A stretch of DNA of 64,000 bases, taken from positions 60,135,149 to 60,199,148 of the forward strand of contig NC_068981.1 in assembly GCF_001194135.2 (NCBI RefSeq), read 5' to 3'. Positions 13,621 to 24,714 of the stretch are shown in pieces. The notes below the pieces were generated by a model. That model had not been told where the DNA came from. It made no database searches and saw only the letters and a program-made list of their open reading frames with translations. The position numbers were made by a program, and so were the translations under genes. The DNA is from Octopus bimaculoides. Its lineage: Eukaryota. Position 1 is the first letter of the stretch; each line of letters opens with the position of its first letter.

Positions 13621-13677
13621 AATAACAACAACAAAAACAACAACAACAACAACAACAACAGCAACAACAACAACAGC

Positions 13678-13745
<68 letters not shown>
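13621..13745. repeat. (AAC)n microsatellite bordered by (AAT)n
   Basis: Direct reading. Confidence 0.95.
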
Positions 13746-13746
<1 letters not shown>

Positions 13747-13753
13747 AATAATA

Positions 13754-14430
13754 GACCATACATCAGAAAGTGATAAGTGCAGAATCTGTGGTGAAACCGT
13801 ATGGCATATTACCAGCCAATGTACGCCACTAGCCCAGAAGGAATATAAGAAACAATATACCAAAGCTTGTCCATTGGACACTTTGCATGGACTTGAAAGA
13901 GCATGGACTTGACAGAGCAAAAAATTGGTACGACTACAAACCCGAAGGCTTCATCGAAAATGATAATGCAAAGATCCTGTGGGATTTTAGACTCGGTGCG
14001 ACCATGAGATAGAGAATATGAAGCCAGACATTGTCTTAATTGAGAAAGAAAGCAAACTATGCTGGATCATAGATATAGCATGCCCAGCAGACAACAAGGT
14101 ATGCGATAAGGAAGAAAGAAAAGTCTATAGATATGACAAGTTAGCTTGAGAGGTTAAGCACCTGTGGTCGATGAAAAAGGTGGTAGTAGTACCAATAATT
14201 GTCGGAGCCTTGAGAGCAGTGAGTTAAAAAATTGACAAGTACATGGAACCAATAGGGGCTGCAATAAGGGTGGAGCACTTGCAGAAAAGAGCACTGCTTG
14301 GAACCGCTCGAATACTCCGGAAGGTGCTCGAAAAATAAGAGGTGTTACCTTAGTTCACTGGTAGTGAACAGCTGACACTGTTGTACATGTCCAGCGTTAG
14401 AAGCTGTGCAAAGGCAATGATAATAATAAT
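13754..14430 (+). mobile_element. RLE-type LINE 3' end (R4/Dong-like)
   Basis: CRICGETVWHITSQC knuckle, WYDYKP..AKILWDF, KPDIVLIEKESKLCWIIDIACP (PD-(D/E)xK), VVVPIIVGALRAV, LLGTARILRKVLEK* (stop 14336-14338), 3' UTR ending in (TAA)n. Confidence 0.9.
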
Positions 14431-15188
14431 AATGATGATTCAGTCCAATACGTCTGTTATCAGTTTTAAAGCTATTCTTTAGCATTATTTTATTCGATAC
14501 AGCTTTCTTGCAAATTTCATTTATCTCAGAAAAGGAATTCATTGTATTTGCAACGACTTCAAAGGAGGCATTGATATTATTTCAGTCTCTTCAGACACGA
14601 ATAGATTTTTTCTTGTTTTTACATACAAACATGTTTATTAGATAAAAAAAAATTACTTACATGTGAAATAATTCCTCTGAGCACACAAACAGTGGTATGG
14701 TAGAAATATCAGTGACGGATCTTATGCTCTAAAGCAAATGTAATCTTCTATTCTGAGCTTGCGAATGGAAAACTGTATTTCTGCAGCTCCTTATATGATT
14801 AAAAGATTCTATATCGAATGATTGTCTGACCATTAGTGATATGAAGATCGAGATTGAATTTTCCTTTCCGCTTCTACAATTTGATTAAATAAATACCGGT
14901 AACATACTGGAATCACATAAAGAGATAATGTACCTTCCTTACAATTTGTAGTGTTGCAATAATAATACAAATCAGCAGCAAGGACAGAGCAGGCATGTAG
15001 ACATATTTTGATAATTTAAAATATCGTTTTGTGAAGATGTAAAACCTAGTGGTTCATAGTCATAAAATCTTGAGTTCAATTCTTCAATCGAGAGGATTTT
15101 TCTGTCTTCGAATAAGACACTTTCCTTCACGCTGCTCCAGCCTACTCTACTGTAATGAGTGCCAGCATAGTGCTGATGCATCACTTTG

Positions 15189-15227
<39 letters not shown>

Positions 15228-16859
15228 CTCTCTCTGACTTTCTCTCTGACTCTCTCTCTCTCTTTCACGCACACAGATATACACTCACGCTCTCTTTTAT
15301 ATTCACTGTCACTGTAACTATATTATTCCAGATGTTCCACTGGGTCAACTTTGAGGTATGTGCGGGAAAATGCGAAAACTGGATACATAGTCACACTCGC
15401 TCTTGAATAACGGCATTCTATAGTTTAAAGCAAAATAATTTTTCTAATGGAATAACCAGTCGTTGACGGATAGCAGCTATGAACCTTTTCGGAATCTTCA
15501 TGGCCATGCTGGAGGAAGTTATCGTCACATTGGGGACTTGGTGCGATTCCCTCTACAGACACCCACAGTAAGGCGCTTGTGTTAAATCGCGCGACGGCTA
15601 ATTTAAGCTTTCATTGCAATTATATCTTCGTGCATACTGAAAATAAATCATTATTATCATGTAGATTTTGTAAGGGAATTATTACATTTCAGATGCAAAT
15701 CATATGTAAGGTGAATGGGACAAATAATGCTTGTCAAAAATAGAATTAAGTTTACAAATCAAATTTGATTACATGCGTTTGAGCTAAAAAAAAGAAGAGA
15801 GGAACATCTATGTAGTCATTTCATCTGCTAGAAATGTCAGTAAAAAAGTCTCACATTCTACTCTCTGAAAAAAGGAGAAAACACATTGAGTGAAGTAGTC
15901 CCGAAATATAGTATATCTGAACGAATAATACAGATCTCTTGCATCATAATTTTCGCATGTCTATACCGGGACAAGGCAGGAACTATATTCATGTAGAAAG
16001 AAGAGAAAACGAATTGACTGAATACGATTTTATAAGGTGGATCTCATATACATCTACAGAGAGGTACATAATATGATTACTTTCCAAATATCAATATGAA
16101 TCTAGAATGAACAGATAGTAGTAGTGCATGCGATGTGATGCAAATTCTACTATCTGTGGAATTGCGCAGATTAGAAATAGATATTCTACTAAACTTCGTG
16201 CAAATTTATTGTAGGAATCTATCCCAGAATATATAGTATGCATTCACAAAATATATGTGAAGTGATAAGCATAAAAACTGTCTGAATTGTATCACATGCC
16301 CAAATGACTACCGTAATTTTGTATTCAGAATCTATGACAAAAAGAAAATATAAAACAACTACAAATTAAGAAAATGACATCACTTGTATATTGACCGATT
16401 AACATTATCATTCAACCACAGTAGTGGTTGAATCCATTCTTAAGTCCACCAATTTCGTCAATCGCAGCAGCTTCTAAGCTTCAATTCACTAAATTGCAAA
16501 CTGTTAAAAGTTTTAAAGACGACACCTCCTCAGCTACACTTTGGCATAAATAGTTGAGATTTGGTTGAGTAGACTAAAAAGTTACATCGAAATATCTGCG
16601 ACCTCGAGGGGGCAGTAAGAAGATATTCATCTTCAATTAACATAAATTTTAAAATAAAAGTATTCCTTTTTTAGGCTTAAATGTTAAAAAAATGCATGAA
16701 GAATTCAGAATCGTTAGTCGCATTGAACAAACATTAGTAGAAAAAGTGTTATGAGGTAAAATGTTACAAAATATTATGTCCGTAAGTAAAGAAGTAAGGG
16801 AGTAAAGCTTAGGCAATATATTTCTAAAATGAATGCTTAGTTTTTAAGTCAATGAGCTG

Positions 16860-17275
16860 ACAGAAACGTTATCGTGAAATGCTTAACGGTATTTGGTCAG
16901 TCTTTACGTTTTTGAGTTCGAAGTCGACTTTGACGTACAAGTTATTTAATTAATTTTTTTAACTAAACACTTTCAAATTTCCGATACTGGTAGAATGTGT
17001 CACATAGAACAGGGTTTAGTCTAAAATGTTTTGAAAAAAATTTGTATTTCAGAAGCGATATTTCGTCGGTCTTTACGTTCTGAGTTCAAATTCAGTCGAG
17101 GTCGACTTTGCCTTTCATCCAATTCGGATCTACTCAATTAGACGTACAAATTATTTAATTAATTTTTTTAACTAAACACTTTCAAACTTCCGAATGTGTC
17201 ACATAGAACAGAGTTTGCTCTTAAGGTTTTTTTACAAAATTTTGTATTTTACAAGTTATTTCATCAGAAGTTACA
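16860..17275 (+). repeat. Two-unit imperfect tandem: [SINE-A fragment + ~125-bp AT-rich repeat] x2
   Basis: gacgtacaa(g/a)ttatttaattaattttttaactaaacactttcaaa...gaatgtgtcacatagaacag occurs at about 16932 and 17141, each preceded by SINE-A sequence. Confidence 0.75.
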
Positions 17276-17989
17276 GAATGACAATGGAAAAATTCGTGTT
17301 TGATAAGTGCCAATACACGAAACTCTCAGCTGTTGATTTACTGTCTAGCTTCTGCCGATGATATGTATATATACATATGTATAAAATATCTCATTATGGC
17401 GCACCCAGCAACATGGTAAAAACCCCTGCCATTAATTTGGTGTGGGTGGGTAATATCAATTCAATCACAACATATATTTAAATTAAACATGAAAAAAATT
17501 GAAATATTATCATCACTTACATGGAAAAATTGAAATATTATCGTTCAGTATTTTATAAAGTAAAATCTTAAATTATTAATTAACACATTATAAATTATCT
17601 TATAACAGCAATACCTGGAAAAATCTTGGATTACATGGAAAAATGCGAGCATGAAGAGTAATATTCTTAAGACTATAAACCTGGATAAGTACAGGACAAG
17701 TTACTACACCTGTAAAAGTATAGAACAAACTATTACTTCAAGTAAAGTAAAGAATAAGAAACATTTTACTTAAAACATTGCAGCTAAAATTAAAATTTGA
17801 ATATTAAAAATTACCTACTACACATATCTGGCATAATGTGCATGTACTGAGTTGCTGTATTTTTAAATTTGGAATGTTACATCAAGGTTCATTATTTTTA
17901 AAAGCGTAGATACATTCTGATTCCTATGTTTATTTGGTATTTTTATCAAGAAAATACTTTCTGTGTATGATTTTGAAGACTGTTGTAGC

Positions 17990-18360
17990 AAAAATGCTTC
18001 ACGAGAATTTCATAATACGCAGCCACAATATGCTGCGGATGGTATGGGTGATATCTTGCACGCTGATATGATACAAGCAGAATTTTCTATCGCAAAGTAG
18101 AGCTGTAGAGGTATCCTTGTTTCCATCGTTGCTCAGATATTTGTAGCTATCTCCTATCCTGGAGAGCAAAGATATAGCTTTCTAGGCATGGGAGGTAGCC
18201 ATGACAGAATCAAGTGGGCCTAGTTTTCCTGTCAATGTTGTTGGTATTTTCTAGCTTGCGGGATATATACCTTTGCTTTAATTTCTTCTGGTATGATGAG
18301 TATTGTCCTCTTCCAGTAGTGTTTAATCAGCTTATGATGCAAGCTGCTTAAGATTGAAAA
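17990..18360 (-). mobile_element. Old RLE-type LINE remnant
   Basis: Decayed translation ...LESYIFALQDREIATN...CIISAC..., similar to the ETEGFIFAxQDQxLxT/knuckle region of R4-like ORFs. Confidence 0.55.
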
Positions 18361-19707
18361 TTTGAATGAAAATGCAAGTGCCGTGCTTAGAAATTTACAC
18401 TTTAGAAGTGAGTTGTCATGGTTTCCTTACGTCATCAAAGATATAACTTCTCACTCTCACATGGAATGTTAAGAATGGAAGCATTTACCAACTTCCTAAA
18501 TTAGCAATAGTTTGGTTGAAGTTTGTGCATTTATCCATTATAAGAGCATGCTTTATGAAGTTCTGCAGATTCTCAACAAGCTTCACAGTGAGAAGTTTCA
18601 GTGAAAGTAGTAATATTCTCTGAAATCACCACACTCTCTGGTTGGCAGCTGATTACTGGAAGCTGACTGGCAGCATTAACTACCGGTAGTTAATTATAAA
18701 TTCATATATGCACACATATACACCCGTGAAGAGGCACACAAATGTACATTCATACACGATACTTTAATAATGAACTGAAAGAAGACTGTTCAGTACCGGA
18801 AAATAGACAATATATTCTTTAATGGAATTTAAATTAATGATGTAATACTAATGGCTTCACAAATTTAGAATGTCATTCGCGCTTCTATTTGAAAATTGCG
18901 GAGTAATTCATCAACATGTAACGGTTGGTATAAGACCATTAATTTAAATTGCAGTAAAAGGGGAAAGAGCACATACACACAGACACAGACACAAGCGCGC
19001 ACAGACACATACACACACACACACACACACATAAACACACACACAATACACAGAGACATATATACATATAGAGAGTCACACATACTCACTCATGTATATT
19101 ACGCATTGTTTTGACACTAGCTACATCTCGATGCATGTATAGTCGTAATATAATTAAAGCTTTTTACCTTCTTAAAAATCAGAATGGTTATAGCAATTTA
19201 GTGTGACTGGTCCCATCCATCTACAACATATACTCACAATAATTATTTCACTCAACCCTGAAAGCTCATAAACTACTCCTTAATTTTATAGAGCTGCCGT
19301 TTCTTAGAACGGCAAACTCTTTCAACCCTATCATATGGCGTGAAATTTCACTTAAGATGATGGATCATTGGTGAATAATTCCTTACTTCGTACTTAGCAC
19401 AATCGTAGCAGCTTGTTATGAACATCACAAACCTGTGATAGTCATCGAATAACGAACTCTCCGAGCAAGGCATGCTCCTTAATCTGAACTCTCTGTGTGC
19501 AGTGATATGCTCAGCTAAGCTAAATTTTTATGAATTTTACTAAATTTCTCTAATTCAAATAAATGAATTTTCCGAAAGCTATTTTATGAAGGAAATGAGT
19601 GCCCTAACTATTGAAAGATTTATCTGAGGAACATTTCATGATGTGATACTTATACAATGCTGTGGTTGCAAATTTGTTACATTTGCCTTTCTATCCTTTT
19701 GGGTCTT

Positions 19708-19742
<35 letters not shown>

Positions 19743-20419
19743 NNNNNNNNNNNNNNNNNNNNNNNNNNNNNNNNNNNNNNNNNNNNNNNNNNNNNNNNNN
19801 NNNNNNNNNNNNNNNNNNNNNNNNNNNNNNNNNNNNNNNNNNNNNNNNNNNNNNNNNNNNNNNNNNNNNNNNNNNNNNNNNNNNNNNNNNNNNNNNNNNN
19901 NNNNNNNNNNNNNNNNNNNNNNNNNNNNNNNNNNNNNNNNNNNNNNNNNNNNNNNNNNNNNNNNNNNNNNNNNNNNNNNNNNNNNNNNNNNNNNNNNNNN
20001 NNNNNNNNNNNNNNNNNNNNNNNNNNNNNNNNNNNNNNNNNNNNNNNNNNNNNNNNNNNNNNNNNNNNNNNNNNNNNNNNNNNNNNNNNNNNNNNNNNNN
20101 NNNNNNNNNNNNNNNNNNNNNNNNNNNNNNNNNNNNNNNNNNNNNNNNNNNNNNNNNNNNNNNNNNNNNNNNNNNNNNNNNNNNNNNNNNNNNNNNNNNN
20201 NNNNNNNNNNNNNNNNNNNNNNNNNNNNNNNNNNNNNNNNNNNNNNNNNNNNNNNNNNNNNNNNNNNNNNNNNNNNNNNNNNNNNNNNNNNNNNNNNNNN
20301 NNNNNNNNNNNNNNNNNNNNNNNNNNNNNNNNNNNNNNNNNNNNNNNNNNNNNNNNNNNNNNNNNNNNNNNNNNNNNNNNNNNNNNNNNNNNNNNNNNNN
20401 NNNNNNNNNNNNNNNNNNN

Positions 20420-20970
20420 TATACTAATTTAAGGGTTCGTAATCATTTGCATGAGCAATTAGCTGTAGAGAGACCAGTAGAAGTTGTCTTATTTCAAGTA
20501 CTTAAAATAATCACTGTCTTATCTGGGCTGAAAGGTTCATAGACTGCTTGTTCGACTTCAGCTTAATACAATGCTGAAAAGAATAATGAACTCAAGCCGT
20601 CAACGGTGACTGCAAGTTTCTGTAATTTGGAATTTTGTAGGAACAATTCTTATTCTTGCTTCAGGTGTATCGAGTAATCAGCAGATATAAATACATTTCT
20701 GAACAAACAAATCTAAAACTCTGCGAACATCCTCACTTTTCATCTCCCTGCTAATGTAATTCGTTGCAGCAAAAAACTTCTGTATGGCATCGATTGTTTT
20801 CTGAAGCAAATCATATGACTTGTTACAGAAAAGAATCAATACGTAATTCGTCCTGCACGTACATTGAAGAATTGCTATTCGTTTGTGAAATATCAGATCC
20901 ACTTGTATTTTGGCCGCCATTACTTCCGACATAGAAGTATACGATAGTGCATTGAAAATAATCATTTTCA
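20420..20970 (-). mobile_element. Possible decayed MULE/SWIM-type transposase fragment
   Basis: Non-repetitive 97-aa ORF (…DAIQKFFAATNYISREMKSEDVRRVLDLF…) followed, after a frameshift, by STANCSCK, resembling the start of a SWIM CxC motif; similarity judged by eye only. Confidence 0.3.
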
Positions 20971-21104
20971 ATATTGAAAATAAAATACAAAAGAAATGTT
21001 AGAATACAAAAAAAAAATTAAATGACTGAATATAATATTTAATAGAGAATAACTTTAGAAATACTAGGTAATTTATATCTTTTATGACATGCCAAAAAAT
21101 ATTT

Positions 21105-21300
21105 AGATCTGGCTGAATCGTTAGAGCGTCAGAAAAAATGCTTTGCAGTATTTCGTTAGTCTTTTAAAATCTGAGATCAAATCACAACGAGGTCAACATT
21201 TCATTTCACACTTCCGAGGTCGATAGGATAAAGTACCAATAAACATTGAGATGTTTGTAATCCACCAGTCGCCTCCGTACCAAATTTCTGGCCTCTTGCT
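21105..21300 (+). mobile_element. SINE family A (diverged)
   Basis: ctggctgaatcgttag...ctgagatcaaatc...gtcgataggataaagtacc...atttctggcctcttg. Confidence 0.75.
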
Positions 21301-21352
21301 TACGATGGTGTGCTAAAAGATTCATAGGCCGCCTATTAAAAAATGATGCTAG

Positions 21353-21444
21353 AACTGTGATATCTTGCATGCGTTCATTTTAACTGTGATATCTTGCATG
21401 CGTTTATTTTAACCGTGATATCTTGCATGCGTTCATTTTAACTG
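21353..21444 (+). repeat. 3x 29-bp tandem repeat in the mariner 5' UTR
   Basis: aactgtgatatcttgcatgcgttcatttt at 21353, 21382 and 21411 with 1 mismatch each in copies 2 and 3. Confidence 0.95.
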
Positions 21445-21540
21445 CTCTTATTAATAACCTCATCGTTTCTTTCCGGGTAAACCGACATCTGACTATTCAA
21501 ACAAGACTACAAAAGTAACTACTAGCGACTTCTCTTGAAA

Positions 21541-22445
21541 ATGAGCAAAATTGAGCATCGTGGTGTTATCGAGTACCTGAGAAAGAGGTTTTAGTCCCCA
21601 ACAAGATTCATGCTGACATGAATGCTACATTAGGGAGTGACGCTTCAGCTTCATCAATAATGCAAAAGCAGGCAGCTGAATTTCGGAGGGGAAGGGAGAG
21701 TTTTGAAGATGACAAGGTCTGGATAGCCGTCAACTGCCACCACATGTTGATGGATGACAAGCGATTGACTATAAATCAAATAATGTTATTTTCATATCCC
21801 GTGAGAGAGTTGAACATACTCTGCACAATGTACTTGGCATGACAAAGGCTTCTACTCTGTGGGTGCCGTGTCTTCTGACACCTGATCAAAACCGCACCAG
21901 GCTGATCACATCAGGATGAGTATTGGCTTCATCACTTTGAGCCAGAAACAAAGAAACAATCCGTGCAGTGGAAACACCCTTCCTAACTTACTTCAAAGAA
22001 CGCCAAGGTCGTTTCATCTGCAGGAAGCCGATGGTCTCTGTTCGGGTACGAAACGCATTATACTCTCCATCAATGGAGAATACTGTGCCAACTTGCTGAA
22101 GTTGTTACGAGAGGCTATCAAGACTAAACTCCCAGTAAAACCGACGAAAAGTAACTTGTTTCATCAGGACAATGCTACACCACACAAGTCTTTGGTTTCA
22201 ATGGTTTAGAACTGCTCGATAACCCTCCCTATTTTCCTGATTTGGCCCCATTTAACTATCATCTGTTAACCAACATGAAAAGGCACTTGACTGGAAACCA
22301 GTTTCGCAGTGACGATGACATCATCTCTGCTGTTGATAACTTCTTTTATCAACTGGATGCAAGCTTCTTCATCAATGAAATCGAAGCACTGCAACAGCGA
22401 TAGAAGGAGTGTGTGGACAACAGGGGAGGTTATGCTGAAAAATAA
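21541..22445 (+). pseudogene. Mariner transposase pseudogene
   Basis: ATG at 21541, stop after GGYAEK at 22443-22445; several frameshifts and stops, an internal deletion before the first catalytic D, and the third catalytic D (SPDLAPSD) reads as N. Confidence 0.88.
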
Positions 22446-23419
22446 ACCTCATTTAGTCACATACCAGGCTATGGATTTTTCAGCCGACCCTCATTATCTT
22501 AGAAACATTATTAATATTATGGAGTGGAAAAAAAAGAAATTCACCAAACGAAAACTCTTTATGTATGTCTTTTTCTAAGACATCTGAGTTAAAATCTCGC
22601 CCTGAGCATCACTGATTCAATAATCCATGATGTCCATTCTGTATGAAACTATAATCTTGTGCGAACGGAGCAAATCAATAATATATTTCATATAGAAGAC
22701 ATTGCGTGAAAAAACGTCGATGGAAAATATATTTAGAATTGTTCTGATCCACAGTTAGTTTCAGAGCTATTTGTTAGTAATAAATAACAAATATATTATA
22801 TACGTTTTTAATTTGATTCCTGCTGAATTTAAAGGGATTTCTGTTGATCATTCTGAACTTAACTATCAGTGAAGCGCTGTCGTTGTCGCCTTCTCTGAAT
22901 ATAGGAAATAAACAATATATTTGATTTTAACTACAATAAGAGTTAAGCATGTAATATTATAAAGAAATTAGTCATAAGAAGAGACGGAATACCGATGATC
23001 TTATGAAAAGGACGCTTAAAAAATTCTCTTTCATCCGCTGACAGTTCCTGTCATGACGATATACTACTTCAAATATTAGGAATTAAGTACATCAATGTAC
23101 TTCTACGATCCTAGTTGTCATTATGATTGTTGGTTTCATAGTTATTGATATATTACCAAATTAGAAAGCAGTGAAAGTCATTTGAACCAAGCTAACTGTA
23201 TTTGCTTCAAGCGAGACATATAGCACTCTTATGTACATACTTATACTCCATGACGCACATTCTGAAACAATGGGTTAAATGTGGGAAATATTCACCTCCA
23301 CAATCTAGACATCAATTGAAATACTCTAACGCCACTCACGATTCAGTGAAATAATTTGGGCATCTTTCTACATATCAATTTCAGTTTACCGGGATAAATT
23401 AGGTGTATCAGATTTATCA

Positions 23420-23478
<59 letters not shown>

Positions 23479-23561
23479 ATCAATGTATCATATATCCGAA
23501 AATGGAGCACAATCTAAAGCATAGAGTAATATTTATATGCAGTTTAGTCTATGTCCAGTCA

Positions 23562-23624
23562 TAGAGTAACAAATGGTTTCGCATCCACAAAGTGTAAGTC
23601 TCATGAACGTCTCGCCAGACCCTA
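23562..23624 (-). ncRNA. Type-I hammerhead ribozyme motif (family 1, left arm, degenerate core)
   Basis: Reverse complement tagggt-CTGGCGA-g…gtggatgc-GAAA-ccatttg-tt-actcta: stem I intact, core A6 changed to G. Confidence 0.6.
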
Positions 23625-23649
23625 AAGCCGGTAGTAGTTGCAGCGGCTT

Positions 23650-23712
23650 TAGAGCCTGACGAGACATCCATGGACTAAGCCTTTTGTGAATGCGAAACCA
23701 TTGGTTACTCTA
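23650..23712 (+). ncRNA. Type-I hammerhead ribozyme motif (family 1, right arm)
   Basis: tagagc-CTGACGA-g-acatccat…gtgaatgc-GAAA-cca-t-tgg-TT-actcta: full catalytic core, stems I-III, GUU cleavage triplet. Confidence 0.75.
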
Positions 23713-23732
23713 TACCGGACGTAGACTTAACT

Positions 23733-23765
<33 letters not shown>

Positions 23766-24358
23766 CATATATATTAACACACAGGTGTATACATATACAC
23801 TCACACACATACACACACACACACACAGAGAAACATAATACACACGCACGCACCACACACACATGGCTGAATCATACATTTTTTTTATCTATAAAGATAT
23901 AACATCTATAAGGATTTTTTTAACTATAATGATTTAACAAATTTAAATGAAATACTGATGCGACAAGGTATTAGCGGAAAATAATAACAGTATTTTACGT
24001 GGTTAACGTGTCAAAGAATCAGTTTTTTATTCAATTGTAAGACCATTGTCTTTCTGAAGATTTTGATGCCACTAATTCTGGTGGCGTGGAGAGAATATTT
24101 CCTGTATTAGAATCATAATGATATTTAAATGCTATTGTTTGCAGATGTCTTCGCCAAGAACACATTCAGGTATTTTATTATCAGAAATCTTCAAGCAACA
24201 ACCTATATTATTAAACACAATATTGATTCAATCCAAGTTCTGACGTGCTTCACCTTTCAACATTTCCTCACAGTTTCCTCTGCTGGTATTTTGCAATAAT
24301 GTCTCCGTAACACACGCATAGTAATAATAACGAAAATAGTAGAACAACAATTTTTTTG

Positions 24359-24360
<2 letters not shown>

Positions 24361-24411
<51 letters not shown>

Positions 24412-24582
24412 ATACTAATACTACTATTACTACTACTACTAATACTACTACTGCTACTGCTACTGCTACTATTACTACTGCTACGACTACCACTACTACT
24501 ACTACTACTATTACCACCACTACTACTACTACCACCACTACCACTACTACTACTACCACTACCACTACTACTACCACTACTA

Positions 24583-24663
<81 letters not shown>
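24361..24663. repeat. ~300-bp (CTA)n/(CCA)n microsatellite
   Basis: Direct reading; source of the poly-Val ORF. Confidence 0.95.
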
Positions 24664-24664
<1 letters not shown>

Positions 24665-24714
24665 CGCTGTTGCTGGCTGCTACTGTTCATTTCCTTCGTT
24701 GCGGCATTTGTTCT

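Larger units (their letters stand above)
21301..22496 (+). mobile_element. Tc1/mariner (DD34D mariner) DNA transposon, near full length, inactive
   Basis: Imperfect TIRs (ta-cgatggtgtgctaaaagattcatag / ctatggatttttcagccgaccctcat-ta) with TA at both ends; transposase remnants MSKIEHRGVI, WVPCLL, DEYWLHHFEPETK, HQDNA, YFPDLAPFNY. Confidence 0.92.
23538..23735. repeat. ~200-bp imperfect palindrome (about 92-bp arms, 13-nt spacer)
   Basis: The reverse complement of 23538-23630 aligns with 23644-23735 (cggctttag…gaaaccatt…gttactctat…ggac.tagact.aact.ca). Confidence 0.92.

Noticed and set aside
16410-16433. 10-bp hairpin (attcaaccac-agta-gtggttgaat) as a Helitron 3' end
   Set aside because: No CTRR terminus at the expected distance.
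22800-22888. Minus-strand exon after a strong acceptor (EGDNDSASLIVKFRMINRNPF…, or RRRQRQRFTDS*)
   Set aside because: No good donor, the peptide is not recognised, and the homeodomain-like RRQRQRFT stops immediately.
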